The translations under genes were made by a program, and so were the position numbers. Shown in pieces: positions 47,702-61,135 of a stretch of 64,000 nucleotides of DNA (the stretch's first letter is position 1; every line of letters begins with the position of its first letter). The DNA is from Hypanus sabinus. Taxonomy: Eukaryota. The notes under the pieces were generated by a model, which saw only the letters and a program-made list of their open reading frames with translations, was not told the origin of the DNA and ran no database searches. Where the stretch lies: contig NC_082730.1 in assembly GCF_030144855.1 (NCBI RefSeq), positions 4,154,001 to 4,218,000 of the forward strand, read 5' to 3'.

Positions 47702-50700
47702 ATGGTTACAGGGACAGTGTATTCCGTGTGGTATGTGGGAAGTCTGGGACACCTCCAGTCTCCCAGATAAACACAACTGCATCAGGTGCACCGAGTTGCA
47801 CTTCCTGAGAGAACATATTAAGGAACAGGAGCTCAACTCGATGACCATTGACTCATGTGGGAGAATGAAAAAGAGATAGAAAAGAACTAGAGGGAGGTAG
47901 TTACCCCAGGATTACAGGTAACTGAGAGATTGCCAGGAGAAGGAGGGGAAATGTACAACCAGTGCAGAGTACACCTATGGCCATTCCCCTCAATAATAAC
48001 TTTAGATACTATTGAGAGGGATGACCTAACAGGGAGGAGCCACAATGACCAGGTCTCTGGCACTGAGTTTGATGCTGTGTCTCAGATGAGCGGAGAGGTG
48101 AAGAGGACTGCAGTATTGCTAGGAGATTCCTTCATCGGAGGAAAAGAGAAAAGGTTCTGTGGGTGAGATAGAGACACACAAATTGTATCTTGCCTCCCTG
48201 ATGCCAGGATCAGGGATATCTCGATTCTTGACCGTGGCATTCTCAAGGGCAAAGTTGAGCAGCTGAAGTTTTTGTACATATTGACACCATGACATGGGTA
48301 AATAATGTGATGAGGTCCTGAAGAGAGATTTTATGGAGCTAGGTAGAAAGCTGAGAAACAGGACCATCAGGATAGTGATCACTGGATTGTTGCCTGTGCC
48401 ATGTGCCACTGAGGGAAAGAATAGGATGATTTGGCAGGTGAATATGTAGCTGAGGAACTGGAGCATGAGGCAAGGGTTGAAATTTATGGATCTTAGTGAT
48501 CTCTCCTGGGGCAGCTATGACCTGTACAATAAAAGACAGGCTACACCTGATCCCGAGGATCTCCAACATCCTTGTGGGCAGGTTGGCTCAAGTTGTTTGG
48601 GTGGGTTTAAACTAGCTCAGCAGGGGGTTGGGAACTGGAATGGTAATGCGGAGGATGAGCGCTATCAGATGTAAATAGATGTAATGTGTAGTGAGACTCC
48701 TAACAGGGAGACCTATGCGATAGATAAAAATTGCAGTAAACCGGAAGAGCTGTAATGTAAAGGTGTTCAAAATTGAAAAAGGTGAATACAGAACTAAAGG
48801 TGTCATATTTGACCGCGGGCGGTAATGGAATAAGTTCGATGAACTTGTAGTACAGATACAGATTGGCAAAGATGATGTAGGTATCACTGAATAGGCAGGA
48901 AGGCAGAGGGTCTGGCATGGCACTGTTGATAAAAAATGAAATTAAATCATTCGAAAGAAGTGACATAAGGTCAGAAGATGTTGAATTGTTGTAGTTAGAG
49001 CTGAGGAACTGCAAGGGTAAAGAGACGCTGATGGGTGTTATCTACAGATGCCCAAACAGAGGTAAGGATGTGGTCTACAAGTTGGAATGGGAGATGGGAA
49101 TTGCCTGCCAAAAGGGCAATGTTACAGTACTCACAAGGTCCATCAATATACAAGTAGATTGGGAAAACCAGGTTGATGTGGGATTCGAAGAGGGGCAATT
49201 TCTAACTTATGGGATATCTTTCTAGAACAGTTTGTGTTTGAGCCCTGTAGGGGTTAGCTATTCTAGATTGAGTGTTGTGCGATGAACCAGAATTGATCAG
49301 AGAGCTTAAAGTAAAACAATCCTGAGGGGTAACTTATCATTATGTAGTCAAAATGACGCTGAAATTGGAGAAAGAGAAGCTAAAATCACATCTTACAGTA
49401 TTACAGTGGAGTTAAATATATCACAGGGGCATGAGAGAGGAGGTGTCCAGTACTGATTCAAGAAAAAAATAACACAGGCAGGGATGATGGCAGAGATGCA
49501 ATTGCTGCAATAACTGAAAGCAATTCAGATGACACAGGATTTATAAATTTCAAAGTGTAGGAAGTATACTAAGGGCAAGATGACACAACCATGGCTAACA
49601 AAGCAAGTCAAGGCCAACATGAGGTCCAAAGTGAGGACATATAATAGAGCAGAAAATTGGCGAGATGTTAGGGGAGTGGGAAGCTTTTAAATACCAACAG
49701 AAGGCAACTAAATGTCATTAAGTAGGTAAATGTTGAATAAATCTAGCCAATAATATTAAAGACAATACCAACAATTTCTTCAGGACCATAAAGTGTGAAA
49801 GAGAGGCAAGAGTGGATTTTGGACCACTGGAAAATGATACTGTTATGGGGACAAGGAAATGGCAGAAAAGCTGGATAAGTATTTTGCATCAGTCATACTG
49901 TGGAAGAATCTAACAGTGTGGAGGAAGTTACAGGTATCAGGGGGTCATGTAATGTGTAAAGTTACCACTACTAGAGAGAAGGTGCTTGGGACATTGAAAG
50001 GTCTGATGATGGATAACTCACCGGGAGCAGATGGTGTACACACCAAGATTCTGATAGAGGTGGTTGAACAGATTATGGAGGCATTAGTAATGACCTTTCA
50101 ATAATCATTAGATTCTGTAAAGGTTCCTGAAGACTGGACAATTGCAAAAGGAACCCCACTCTTCAAGAAAAGAGAAAGGCAGAAGAAAGGAAATTAAAGG
50201 CCAATTAGTCTGACCTCAGTGGTCGGGAAAATGTTGGATTCAATTGTTAAGGATGTGTTTTCAAGGTTCTCAGATACACAAGATAAAATAGGCCATAGTC
50301 AGCATTGTTTTCTCAAATGAAAATCCTGCCTGACATATCTGTTGGAATTTTTTGAAGATATAACAAGCAGGAATAGACAAAGGAGAATTGGTTAATGTTG
50401 CAAACTTGTGTAACACCCTGGGAAAGTGTTCACTGCTAACATAATGGTCTTTCTGTAGAAGCTGTGTTTGGAGTATTGTGAGCAGTTCTGGGCCCTTTAT
50501 CTTGAAAAGGATGTGCTGAAACTGGAGAGAGAACAATGGAGGTTCATGAAAGTTATTCCAGGATAAATTGACTTGTCATATGAAGTGCGTTTGATTGTTC
50601 TGATCCTGTAATCAATGGAAATAAAAAGAATGAGAGATGACCTAATTGAAACCTACCAAAATTGTAAAAAGTCTTGATAGAGTGGCTGTGGAGAGGATGT

Positions 50701-50975
50701 TTTCTGCGGGTGGAGTTTTGAAGACCCAATAGATTGACATCTTCTTCGAACAGATTTGTGGAGGAACTTGTTTAGCTGGAGAGTGGTGAATCAGTGATAT
50801 TTGTTGCTACAGGAAGCTGTGGAGGCCAATTCTTTATGTACATTTAAGGCAGAGGTTAATAGATTCTTGATTGATCACAGCATGAAGGGATACAGGGGGA
50901 AGGCAGGAGACTGGGGCTGAGAGGAAAACAGATTAGCCATGATGAAATGGCAGAGCAGATTCAATGGGCCAAATG
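47702..50975 (+). mobile_element. Old CR1 LINE (paralog of 21357-24450), retaining the ORF1 zinc-finger part
   Basis: The CGMWEVW..HNCIRC segment at about 47725-47840 is deleted in unit 1. The esterase and decayed ORF2 follow. Confidence 0.85.
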
Positions 50976-53468
50976 GTCATTTGGAAATCCAGCAGCACAT
51001 CTTGTTCACACAACAACTCAGTCAATGCAAATCCCCCGTCATTGGTCTCTGCAGAGAACGAGTAAACCAAACGCAGTATTTTTTTGTCCAACAGGGTCTT
51101 GTGATCACTACACTAAATATCCAAAGCAATCAACCATACTTTTTTAGGGCTGCGCACAGTCTGGGCACAAATGTACGCAACAAGTCCAGCTCCGTCAATA
51201 TCGAGCAAGTTGCTGCTGGGGTAGTCCTGCAGTCATTGATGTTCTTAATCTCCAGCAGTGACTTGCGGATGGAAAATAGACGTACAGGATGAGCAAATAC
51301 ACAGGAGTGGTCGCTGTGTCTGAGCACGCCGCCATCGTTCCAGAAGCAGATGTAGAGTCTCGATGTGGAGGGGCCCCTCCCTCCTCTGAGCTCTCTCATG
51401 TCTGCTTGGTGGGCAAGACCAGTTGTAATGGGGAACTCTGAGTAGAGAGCAGTAACAAATATTTGAGACATGTTGAGTGGACGTGCATTGTGGTCACTCC
51501 CGGGTTCTCTGCTTGTCCACATCCATGAAGCTCTTTGTCTCCTTCAGCGTCTCTGTCTGCTGCTCTCTCGGCTGCCCTGTCCATTCTCTGACTTCCTCTG
51601 CTGTCCATTGGGTCAAACAGCACAGAGATCGTCCCTTTGATCCACTGAGCGAACTCCAACCATCAAACACCACGTTACACCAATACCATTTCATTAATCC
51701 CATCACCTCCCCCAGTTTCTACCACTCACCCTCTCAGTAGGGGCAATTTATAGTGGACAATTAACCTACCGCCCTTGTATCATTGGAATCTGGGATGAAA
51801 TAATAGCACCCTGGGTAACCCGTGCCTTCACTGGGAGAACATGCAAACTCCACACAGCTGGAATCTAAAACCAGGATGAAATTAGGTTTGCTGGAGTTGT
51901 GAGACAGCAGAACTTCCTGCTGCCCGTCTGTATGTGATTTCTCTCTTAACTTCAGAGACAACTGCACTCCAGCACCATTTTCTGTTTCACAACCTCAAAC
52001 ACTTCCCGCCACCATGTTACAACTTTGCAAGTCTTTCATCAAGGTCCCACACACCTCGAGCTGCTGAAACCCTTCATTCGTATTCTTGTTGATCAATCTG
52101 TTGTGTTTTGTTGTCACTGGATCTGTTTCACCTGACTGACCTGTGCCAGCCTCTCACTGGATCTGGCACAAGGCCACAAACAGTATTAATTTATTGCTCT
52201 TGCCCCATGTCTCTTCCTTTGTTCAACACTGTTCATCCAAACATGCAGCTCAGTCTGCGTCAGGTCACACATGCTGTTTTTTTGATAAGCCTGTCAGTCT
52301 GACAAAATCAAAAAGAGCTGTTTATTTGGAAATGATCGCTCATTTATCAGATTGTCGATCCCACTGCATCTACTTATCGCTGCTCTGATCTAACCATCCC
52401 CAGGGGGGAGCCAGCTCACAAAATGGTGGCTGTAGAGAACACACATAAAATGGCAGCCTCCATTCCTTCCACTACAAGAATGTATTTGCTTTTACTGCTT
52501 CCCCTGTCCCTGGCTCTTTCGGTGTTCTATAGTTTTTTAATCCCTTCATCACTGACAATCCACAGGATCAGCATTCAATCCCTCACTTTGTTGTACGAAA
52601 GCTTCAGAATTCGGGGAGATGAGATTGTTTGGTCAGGTAGGCAGAGGAAGAGGCAAATGGAGAATAGAATGGAGTTTGTGTTGGATCAATGTAAATTGAT
52701 GTTCTCTATTTGGAGGCTGTGTCGTCTGGTCCTACACTCCTCCACCATAACAAGCATCCTCTCTGTTGAGGTCTTTTAGCATTCGATAGGTTTTACTGCT
52801 TCCGCTGTCCCTGGCTCATTCCGTGTTTTACATTCCTCCTCATATGCTCTAAAGATGAACTGTAGAATACTTGAAAGTGAGTCCATAGGTTGTGGAATCA
52901 ATTCATAGTTGCAATGTGAGAAGTTACCCACGCTGGTTCAGGAGTCTGATGTATAACTGTTCCTGAAACTTGTGGTGTGGAACCTGAGATCCATACCTCT
53001 GTTCCAACAGCAGCAATAAAAGCAGATTATGGACTGGATGGTAGGTGTCCCTGATGATGCATGTTTGCTTTCTTGTAGCAGTGCTCCTTGAGATCTGCTT
53101 AGTGGTTGGGAGGGATTTTCTTGTGATGGACTGGACCGTATCCACCACTTCATGTTGGCTTTTCTGTTCCTTTGATCAGGACTGTGGTGATGAGATAAAA
53201 CTTCAGTCAGAGTTTCATTGAACGGGGGCAGGGACGAGGGTCCAAAAATCCTCCTGCTCTTATTGTTCTTATTTGGTGTGAGGTGACATTCTGACATCAG
53301 TCAGTCCGCATTTGACGTCGAGCGCTGTGGCTTTCTGCCTGTGATCACACCTCTGTATTTCACCTTTTGCACAACACGTACTTTCTTGTCGACTGCTCCT
53401 CACAACATACTGACTAGGAGGGGAAGCTTTGTTCGGTCCATCAGCATCTATACTGTTCTGTGAGAACA

Positions 53469-53523
53469 ATGAACACCAGGCATCTGCTGATCTCCTGCTG
53501 GCTAACTCTCTGTGCCTCACGCT
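53469..53523 (+). CDS. Gene 3 exon 1 (signal peptide); rest of gene beyond the window
   Basis: MNTRHLLISCWLTLCASR + T|GTAAGT, nearly identical to 27061-27115 and with the same upstream region. Confidence 0.8.
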
Positions 53524-56500
53524 GTAAGTTTGATTCAGAGCAAGTTTTTGTCTTTTAAAGTCCTTCTCTTCAGGTTCTCTGTTAATTTCTGGACTGGGGC
53601 ATTTCTGGGTCCCACAATACCAGAGCAAGGAGAGTGTATGCTGGTCAGAATGAAGCACGGGTTTGATATAGAGAGCGAAAAAAGCTTGGTTACTGCTGGG
53701 CATTGGGACAGAGGATTGGCGCATTCTGTAGCCATAGACACATCCTGCTGCTAATTCTGTAAATGAAGCTTGAGAAAAAAGTATCAGTTGTTCACGGGAT
53801 TGGGAAGGATTTATCAGGGATGTGGAACCCAGGAACTGGGATCTGATCCAGAGATGTTTCCAGGAAAAGTTCATGATGGGGAATCGTTGTAGGAATGATG
53901 GTTAGGGGGGGGGGGGACACTGAATGCAGAAAGAGAGGGGAAATTGTTAACAGTCATCTAACATTTTGGGATCTGAATGCTGGTTTCCTCTCTCTCTCTG
54001 TTAACAGAGTGTCGATCTGTCAATAGCCCAAATCACAGAATCACAGTGAGAGAGAATGATGAGGAAAATCCTGATATCATTGTCAGAAGCAGTTGTTAAC
54101 CTGAAGAATGAGTCTTTTCTTTTTCAATCTTTTTATTAAGTTTCAAATTAGTAAACATAACAATAATGATAATGATACAAAGAGGTCGGGATTACATTAA
54201 TAACGGTTAACATGTACAAACACAGATTCCAAATAACAAATGTAGTTTAGCCTCCCAATCTCTTAGTAAATGCCCATGAAAAAAAAATTGATAAAGAGAG
54301 AATAAAAACCATAAACTAAAAAAAAACTGAACTAAAAAAACAAAGATTGGACTGCCATATTTCATTGGCTAAAATTATAATTTGTTGTTAACTCTGCTCC
54401 TCTATACCTGAGCAAAATATTAATAAAAATGGATTCAGAAAGGCTCAACTTACATCATATGAAAACAAATGGCCTCCAAGTTTCTTCAAATTTAACCAAA
54501 GGATCCACAGAACTGCTCCTCATTTTTTCCAAGTTTAAACATGCTATCATTTGGTAAAATCATTGAAATGTGGTAGGGGGATTGGAATCTTTCCATTTAA
54601 GTAAAATGTTTTTTCTGACTATTAATGTAACAAATGCAATTAAATGACAAGCTGATGAGGTTAAATGATTGTAGTCTATCACTGGTAATCCAAAAATTGC
54701 AGTAATCGGATGAGTTTGTAAATCAACCAACAGAACTATTGAAATAATATCAAAAATATCTTTCCAGTATTTTCCTCAAAGAAGGCAAGAACAGAACATA
54801 AGTGTCAAGGAAGCTACTTCAGAATTATATCTATCGCAAACAGGATTTATTTGGCAGTAAAAGTGAGCTAGCTTATCCTTGGACATATGAGCCCTATGAA
54901 CCACCTTAAATTGTATCAAAGTGTGTCTGGCACACATTGAGGAAGTATTAACTAGTTGAAAAATTTTCTCCCATTTCTCTGTAGATAAAGATAATTGAAG
55001 TTTTCTTTCCCACTCATTCTTAATTTTATCAGAAGTACTTAAGTGTATTTTTATAATTAAATCATAAATAAATGCTATTAAACTCTTCTGATATGGATTT
55101 AAACTTAATTTTTTTTCTGTAACTTCAATTTGATGTGATATCTGAACGGTACCTAAAGTAGCGTTCAGAAAGTTTCTAATCTGTAAATATCTGAAAAAGT
55201 GTGATGTAGGCAAATTATATTTATTACACAATAAATGAAACATGAAACAATCATCCATGAATAAATCACTAAAACATGTTATTCTCTTTGTTTTCCATAA
55301 AATAAAAGCTTAATTAATTCTTGATGGTTGAAAGAAAAATATAGATATAATAGAACTTGGCAGGATAAATTTATTCAATCCAAAAAATTTACAAAATTGT
55401 AACCACATTCATATTGTATGTTTGATTATTGGCTTCTCATTTGTTTATTCAATTTAGTAAGTGCAAAGGGAAGCGCAGCTCCTAAAATAGAAGCCCATGA
55501 AAACACCTGTGCAGACTCCCACTCGAGGTTCATCCATCGTGGATATTGAGTTTCATCCAACTCTTGTGTCTGAAACATTAATTTTGAATATTAATTGCCC
55601 AATAATAAAATCTAAGATTCGACAAAACCAAACGCCTTCCTGTTTTGATTTCTGTAAATATTTCTTACTTAACATAGGATTTCTTTTCTGCCATATATAT
55701 GAAGAAATTTTAGAATCAATAATATCAAAAATGATTTAGGGATGAAAATTGATACTACCTGAAATAGATATAGAAATTTAGGTAAAATAATCATCTTCAT
55801 AGCATTAATTCAACCAATCAAAGATAGGGACAATGGGGACAATTTAGTAAACAGTTGTTTAACTTGATCAATTAAGGGTAAAAATGTGATTTTAAATAGA
55901 ACCTTATACTTCTTAGTAATTTTAACACCCAAATAAATAAAATATTCAGTAACCAATCTAAATGGTGATTGCATATAAATTGGAACCTGCATATTTAATG
56001 GGAAATACACATTCTTATTAAGATTCAATTTATGACCAGAAAATCTACTAAACTGAGCAAGTAGTGTTATTACTGCAGGAATGGGTATCTCTGGGTACAA
56101 CATATGTAGTAATAGGTCAACTGCATGTAATGATACTTTATGCATCCCATTCTTACAATTAATGCCAAATATATTGGGTGAATCAAGAAGAGTGACTGCC
56201 AAGGGCTCCAGGGCAATATCGAATAGTAAAGGGCTTAAAGGACAACCCTGTCTCGTACCTCAAAAAAGCCTACAAAAGGGGGATCTCTGATTATTGGTAA
56301 ATACAGCAGCCAAGGGTGTATGATATATCAATTGAATCTAAGGTAGAAATTTTGGGCTAAAATTAAATTTCTCAAGTATATTAAATAAATATTCCCATTC
56401 AAGTCTGTCAAATGTCTTCTCGGCATTAAGCGAAATAACGCATTCTGCAGTATTAGATAAAGTGGTGCATATAATGTTCATTAAACTCCTAACATTAAAA

Positions 56501-57336
56501 TGTGAATAACAATTTTTAATAAATCCTGTCCGATCCTCAGAGACAATTTGTGGCAATATCTTCTGTAATCAACTTGCTAATATTTTGGAAAAGATTTTAG
56601 AATCAACATTCAACAAAGATATAGGTCTGTATGATGCATATTCATATCTTTGCCTTTTTTAGGAATTAAAGAAATAGATGCTTCATAAAAGGATTGTGGT
56701 CATTTACCTACAAATAAAGCATATTTAAAAATTCTGCATAACAAAGCAGAATGTAAATCTGAAAAATAATATAAAAATTCATCTGTATACCTATCCGGAC
56801 TTTACCAGAGTTCATTGAAAAAATTGCTTTTATTTCCTCTTCAGTAATGGGTGCAGCTAATGGGTTAATCAGCTGGTAATTTTGGAATATTCAGTTTCCT
56901 TAAATATTCATGCATTATGGTAGGATCATCAGGAAATTTTGATTGGTATAAATTGGTATAAAATTCTTGAAAAGATTTATTAATTTCATTGCGGTCAACC
57001 GTCAAAATACCATGCTGTCTATGAACTTTATTCATCTGACGTTTCACCAAAGCAGCCTTCATTTGGTTAGCCAATGATAGATTTGATTTATCACCATGTA
57101 TATAAAATTGACTCTTAGTTTTAAGTAATTGATTTTTAATTGAGGATGTTAATAACAAACTATGTCGCATCTGAAGTTCACCTCTCTCTTTATAAAGCTC
57201 CAGATTGGGAGCAATAGAATATTTTTTATTAATTTCTTTAACCTTATCAAGCAATGTATATATTTCACTATTAATCCATGTTTTCAATCCAGCAGAGTAT
57301 GAAATAATTTGCCCACAGATATATACTCTTAAGGTA

Positions 57337-60293
57337 CAGGTGTCCCCCGTTTTTCAAATGTTCACTTTATGTCAACTCGCTGTTTCAAAAGACCTACATT
57401 AGTTACCTGTTTTCACTGACAGAAGGTGCTTTCAATGTTAAGAGAAAAGGCAGCGCATACCCTGTGCAGCCAAGCTACTCCCCCAGAAATGCATTCTCGC
57501 CAGCATTGCTTAAATGCGTGCCTGTGAGCATCTGTGCTTAATGTCAATTTATTTTCTACATCGGTTAGCAATATGAGTTCTAAGGTATCAGAAAAGTCTA
57601 AAAGAGTGCATAAGGGTGTTACACTTAGTGTAAAACTAGAAAATTAAGCATTTCGATTGTTGTGAACAAAATAAGGATATAGTGAGTTTGGCTAAGGGCT
57701 TGTGGAAGTTGACGAAGATGATATTGAAGGGGTTTTGGCTTCCCATGACCAAGAACTGAGAGATGAAGAGCAGATGAAGAGGAAAAGATAACAATTGAAA
57801 CCGAACACAGTAGCAAAGTAGTGAAGTCATCCAGGAACTGAACATGAAGCAATAATGTGAGACTTTTATTGCGATTGGCAATGCTGCAATGGTTGCAGAA
57901 AAGTACGACTTTAATTTTTAAAAGGTACGTAGGTTTAGGGCATATTTGCTGGATGGTTTGAGTGCTTATGCAAATTTATGATGAAGGTCAACAGATGCTT
58001 GATGCTCCAATTAACGAGCATGAAATTCAGAAAGCTATTTCATCAATGCAATCAGGTAAAGCTCCCAGACTTGATGGTTCTTCGGTGGGATTGGTCAAAA
58101 AAATTGAAAGATTAGTTTCTCCGTATCTTTTGGAAATATTTCATGAATCCTTTGAGAAAGGTAATTTACATTCTTCTTTTTATGAAGCATCTATAGCCTT
58201 AATTCTTAAAAAAGATAAAGATGCCGTTGAATGCTCATCACATAGACCTATTTCGCTGTTAAATGTGGATGCAAAAATTCTTTCTAAAATAATGGCTAAC
58301 AACTTGGAAACTTTTTAAATTAAAATTATCTCTATGGACCAGATGGGCTTTATTAAAGACCGTTACTCTTTCTCTAATGTTTGGAGATTGATGAACATTA
58401 TTTATTCACCATTATCTAAGCAACCTCAATGTGTTATCTCTCTTGATGCAGAAAAGGCATTCGATAGAGTTGAGTGGCCATACTTGTTCACAGTATTAGA
58501 AAAATCTGGTTTTGGTAATAATTTTAATAGATGGATTCAAATGATCTATAAGAACCCTATTGCCATGGTCATTACTAGCAAATACAGGTCTTCTTTCTTT
58601 TCACTTTCTCGTGGTACTAGACAGGGACGTCCATTAAGCCCTTTATTATTTAATCTTGTATTGGAACCTTTAGCTATAACTTTATGGGAGGCCAAAAACA
58701 TTCATGGTATTTCTATAAATGGAACCATACATAAGATTTCTCTTTATGCAGATGATCTTTTGATTTTTATTTCAAATCTTGAGGAATCAATTCCTAATCT
58801 TTTGGAAACACCTAAAGATTTTGGAAAATTTTCAGGATACCAACTTAGTTTGAATAAAAGTGAATTGTTTCCATTAAATGCTCCTGTTAGTATATATAAT
58901 TATATTCCTTTTAGAATTGTTAATACATTTAGATATTTAGGTATTATAATTACGAAAAAATATAAAGATCTTTATAAAGCTAATATAGTTCCTCTAGTAC
59001 ACTCCATGAAATTACTATTTTCTAGATGGAATCCACTTACTCTTTCTTTAGTAGGTCATATCCATGCTGTTAAAATTATGATTTTATCTAGATTTTTAGA
59101 TATTTTCCAAAATATACCTATCTTTTTAACTAAAAAAATTTTGATCAAATTGACTCTCCTATTTCTTCCTTTATTTGGAACAAGAAGGGACCAAGAACTA
59201 ACAAATACCATTTACAAAAACCCAAAAAAGATGGTGGACTTACACTTCCTAATTTAAGACTGTCTTATTGGGCTGTGAATATTAGATAATTATGTTTTTG
59301 GTTATATTGGCTTGATAAGATATCTAGATAATAGTTAAATGTATTACTTCCAGAGTTGATTCCTAATGGGGTTTTCTTTGTAGTTAATGTTTTTTTTTTC
59401 TTAGTTAGATGGGGTTCTTTTTTTTCCTTCTTTTTTCTATATATAATTTTTTTTTAATTTCTATATATTATGATTAGTTTTTTTCTTCAGCTTTATTAAT
59501 TGTATACTAATCAATTTGTTGAAATTTTGTATTATTCAATAGTTGCAGAATATTATGTATTAATAAAATGATTCTAAAAATGAAAATGAAAATGAAACTG
59601 TATGATAGAAAAATGTGTGAGGCTAAGTGGTCAAGCATACTGTCATTTTTCAAGCCTTCCACATCAGCCAGAGCAGACAATGAAACTCGACCTTCGACAA
59701 CGAGGCAGGCAGATTTTGACGAAGGTGACCGACCTGTCCTGGAGGAAACAGACGGCGATGAGATGACATCCCTGTCTCCCAACACTCCAAGCTCTGACGA
59801 CTCAGCCAAACACACCAGTGTGCTCATTGTATTCCCAATTCTGATAAGGGGAATTACACTATACATACATTATTTCTACTTTATATAGGCTGTGTATTTT
59901 TATGTGTTACTTGGTAGCTTCATAGCTTAAGGATTACTGGAAAGAGTGCGTCTGCCGGGAGTGCTTGTGCCATGTGTTTTTGCTGCAAGAGCAGCCGAGA
60001 ATGCTTGCGTGAGATTTTCGCTGCAGTGGACAGGCTGCAATAATTGCAGAGAAGTATTCCTACATTATATAGGCTGTGTATTTATCAGATCATTCCTGCT
60101 TTTACTATATGTTACTGTTATTTTAGGTTTTATGTGTTATTTGGCATGATTTGGTAGGTTATTTTTTGGGTCTGCGAATGCTCACAAATTTTTCCCATAT
60201 AAATAAATGGTAATTGCTTCTTCACTTTACGACATTCCAGCAAACAAACAATTTCATAGGAATTCTCTACCTTCGAATCGCGGGGGAAACCTG
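57337..60293 (+). mobile_element. pogo/Tigger-like DNA transposon derivative inserted at a TA in L1 ORF2
   Basis: TIRs are CAGGTGTCCCCCG (57337) and CGGGGGAAACCTG (60281-60293). Flanks are TA (57335) and AA (60294), and removal restores L1 ...WDTLRVYICGQIIS. An HTH-like MSSKVSEKSKRVHKGVTLSVKLE starts at 57573. Confidence 0.78.
57969..59595 (+). mobile_element. 5'-truncated, internally deleted L1 fragment (RT) nested in the Tigger-like element
   Basis: ORFs 57962-58318 and 58334-59257 contain SLDAEKAFDRVEW, GTRQGRPLSP and LYADD, with a tail AATAAAATGATTCTAAAAATGAAAA. Confidence 0.9.
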
Positions 60294-60825
60294 AATCCCA
60301 TAATATCCCACTGGAAATTTCTTCCATTGAGATAGTTGAAAAGACAAAATGCAATCTTTTCTTTAATGAAATTATCAAAATTTAAATCATGAAGCAAAAT
60401 GGAGTTGAACCGCCATTATCTAGTACTAAAAGTTACATCAAATAATTTAATTGATAATTCAAAGGCGCATCTTCGGAAATGGCGATTGTATCACACTCAC
60501 AGGCAGTGACAGATGAAAATAATCGAGATTCAATAAATAAATAATCAATTCTAGAGGAATTATGATATACCGGAGAAAAGAAAGGTTACTCTTTATCATT
60601 GGGATTTAAAAGCTCCGAATTTCTAAAATTCCTGCGTCAACTAAAAAGGAATTAATAAAAGTAGCAGATTTGTTTGGAAGTACCTGATTTGGTGCAGACC
60701 TATCCATCATAGGGTTCAGAAAACAATTAAAATCTCTGCCCATTATTAACATATATTCATTTAAATTGGGAAGAGATACAAATAAATGCTTAGATAATTG
60801 AGGATAGACAGTATTTGGTGCATAA

Positions 60826-61135
60826 ACAGACAGACAGACAGACATACTTTATTGATCCCGAGGGAAATTGGGTTTCATTACAGCTGCACCAACCAAGAAT
60901 AGTGAAGAAATATAGCAATATGAAACCATAAATAATTAAATATTAATAAGTTATTCATGCCAAGTGCAAATAAAGTCCAGGACCAGTCTATTGGCTTAGG
61001 AGGTCTGACATTCGAGGGAGGAGTTGTAAAGTTTGATGCCCACAGGTAGGAATGACTTCCTATGACGCTTAGTGTTACATCTTGGTGGAATGAATCTCTG
61101 GCTGAATGTACTCCTGTGCCTAACCAGTACATTCT
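60826..61135 (-). mobile_element. Rex1/Babar-like LINE 3' fragment with (GTCT)n tail nested in L1 APE
   Basis: Minus translation RSTFSQRFIPPRCNTKRHRKSFLPVGIKLYN; (CAGA)n at 60826-60843. Confidence 0.7.

Noticed and set aside
51590-51640. SAM-domain-like motif WTAEEVREW
   Set aside because: Only a short motif; the following residues do not continue a SAM pattern and the frame closes quickly.
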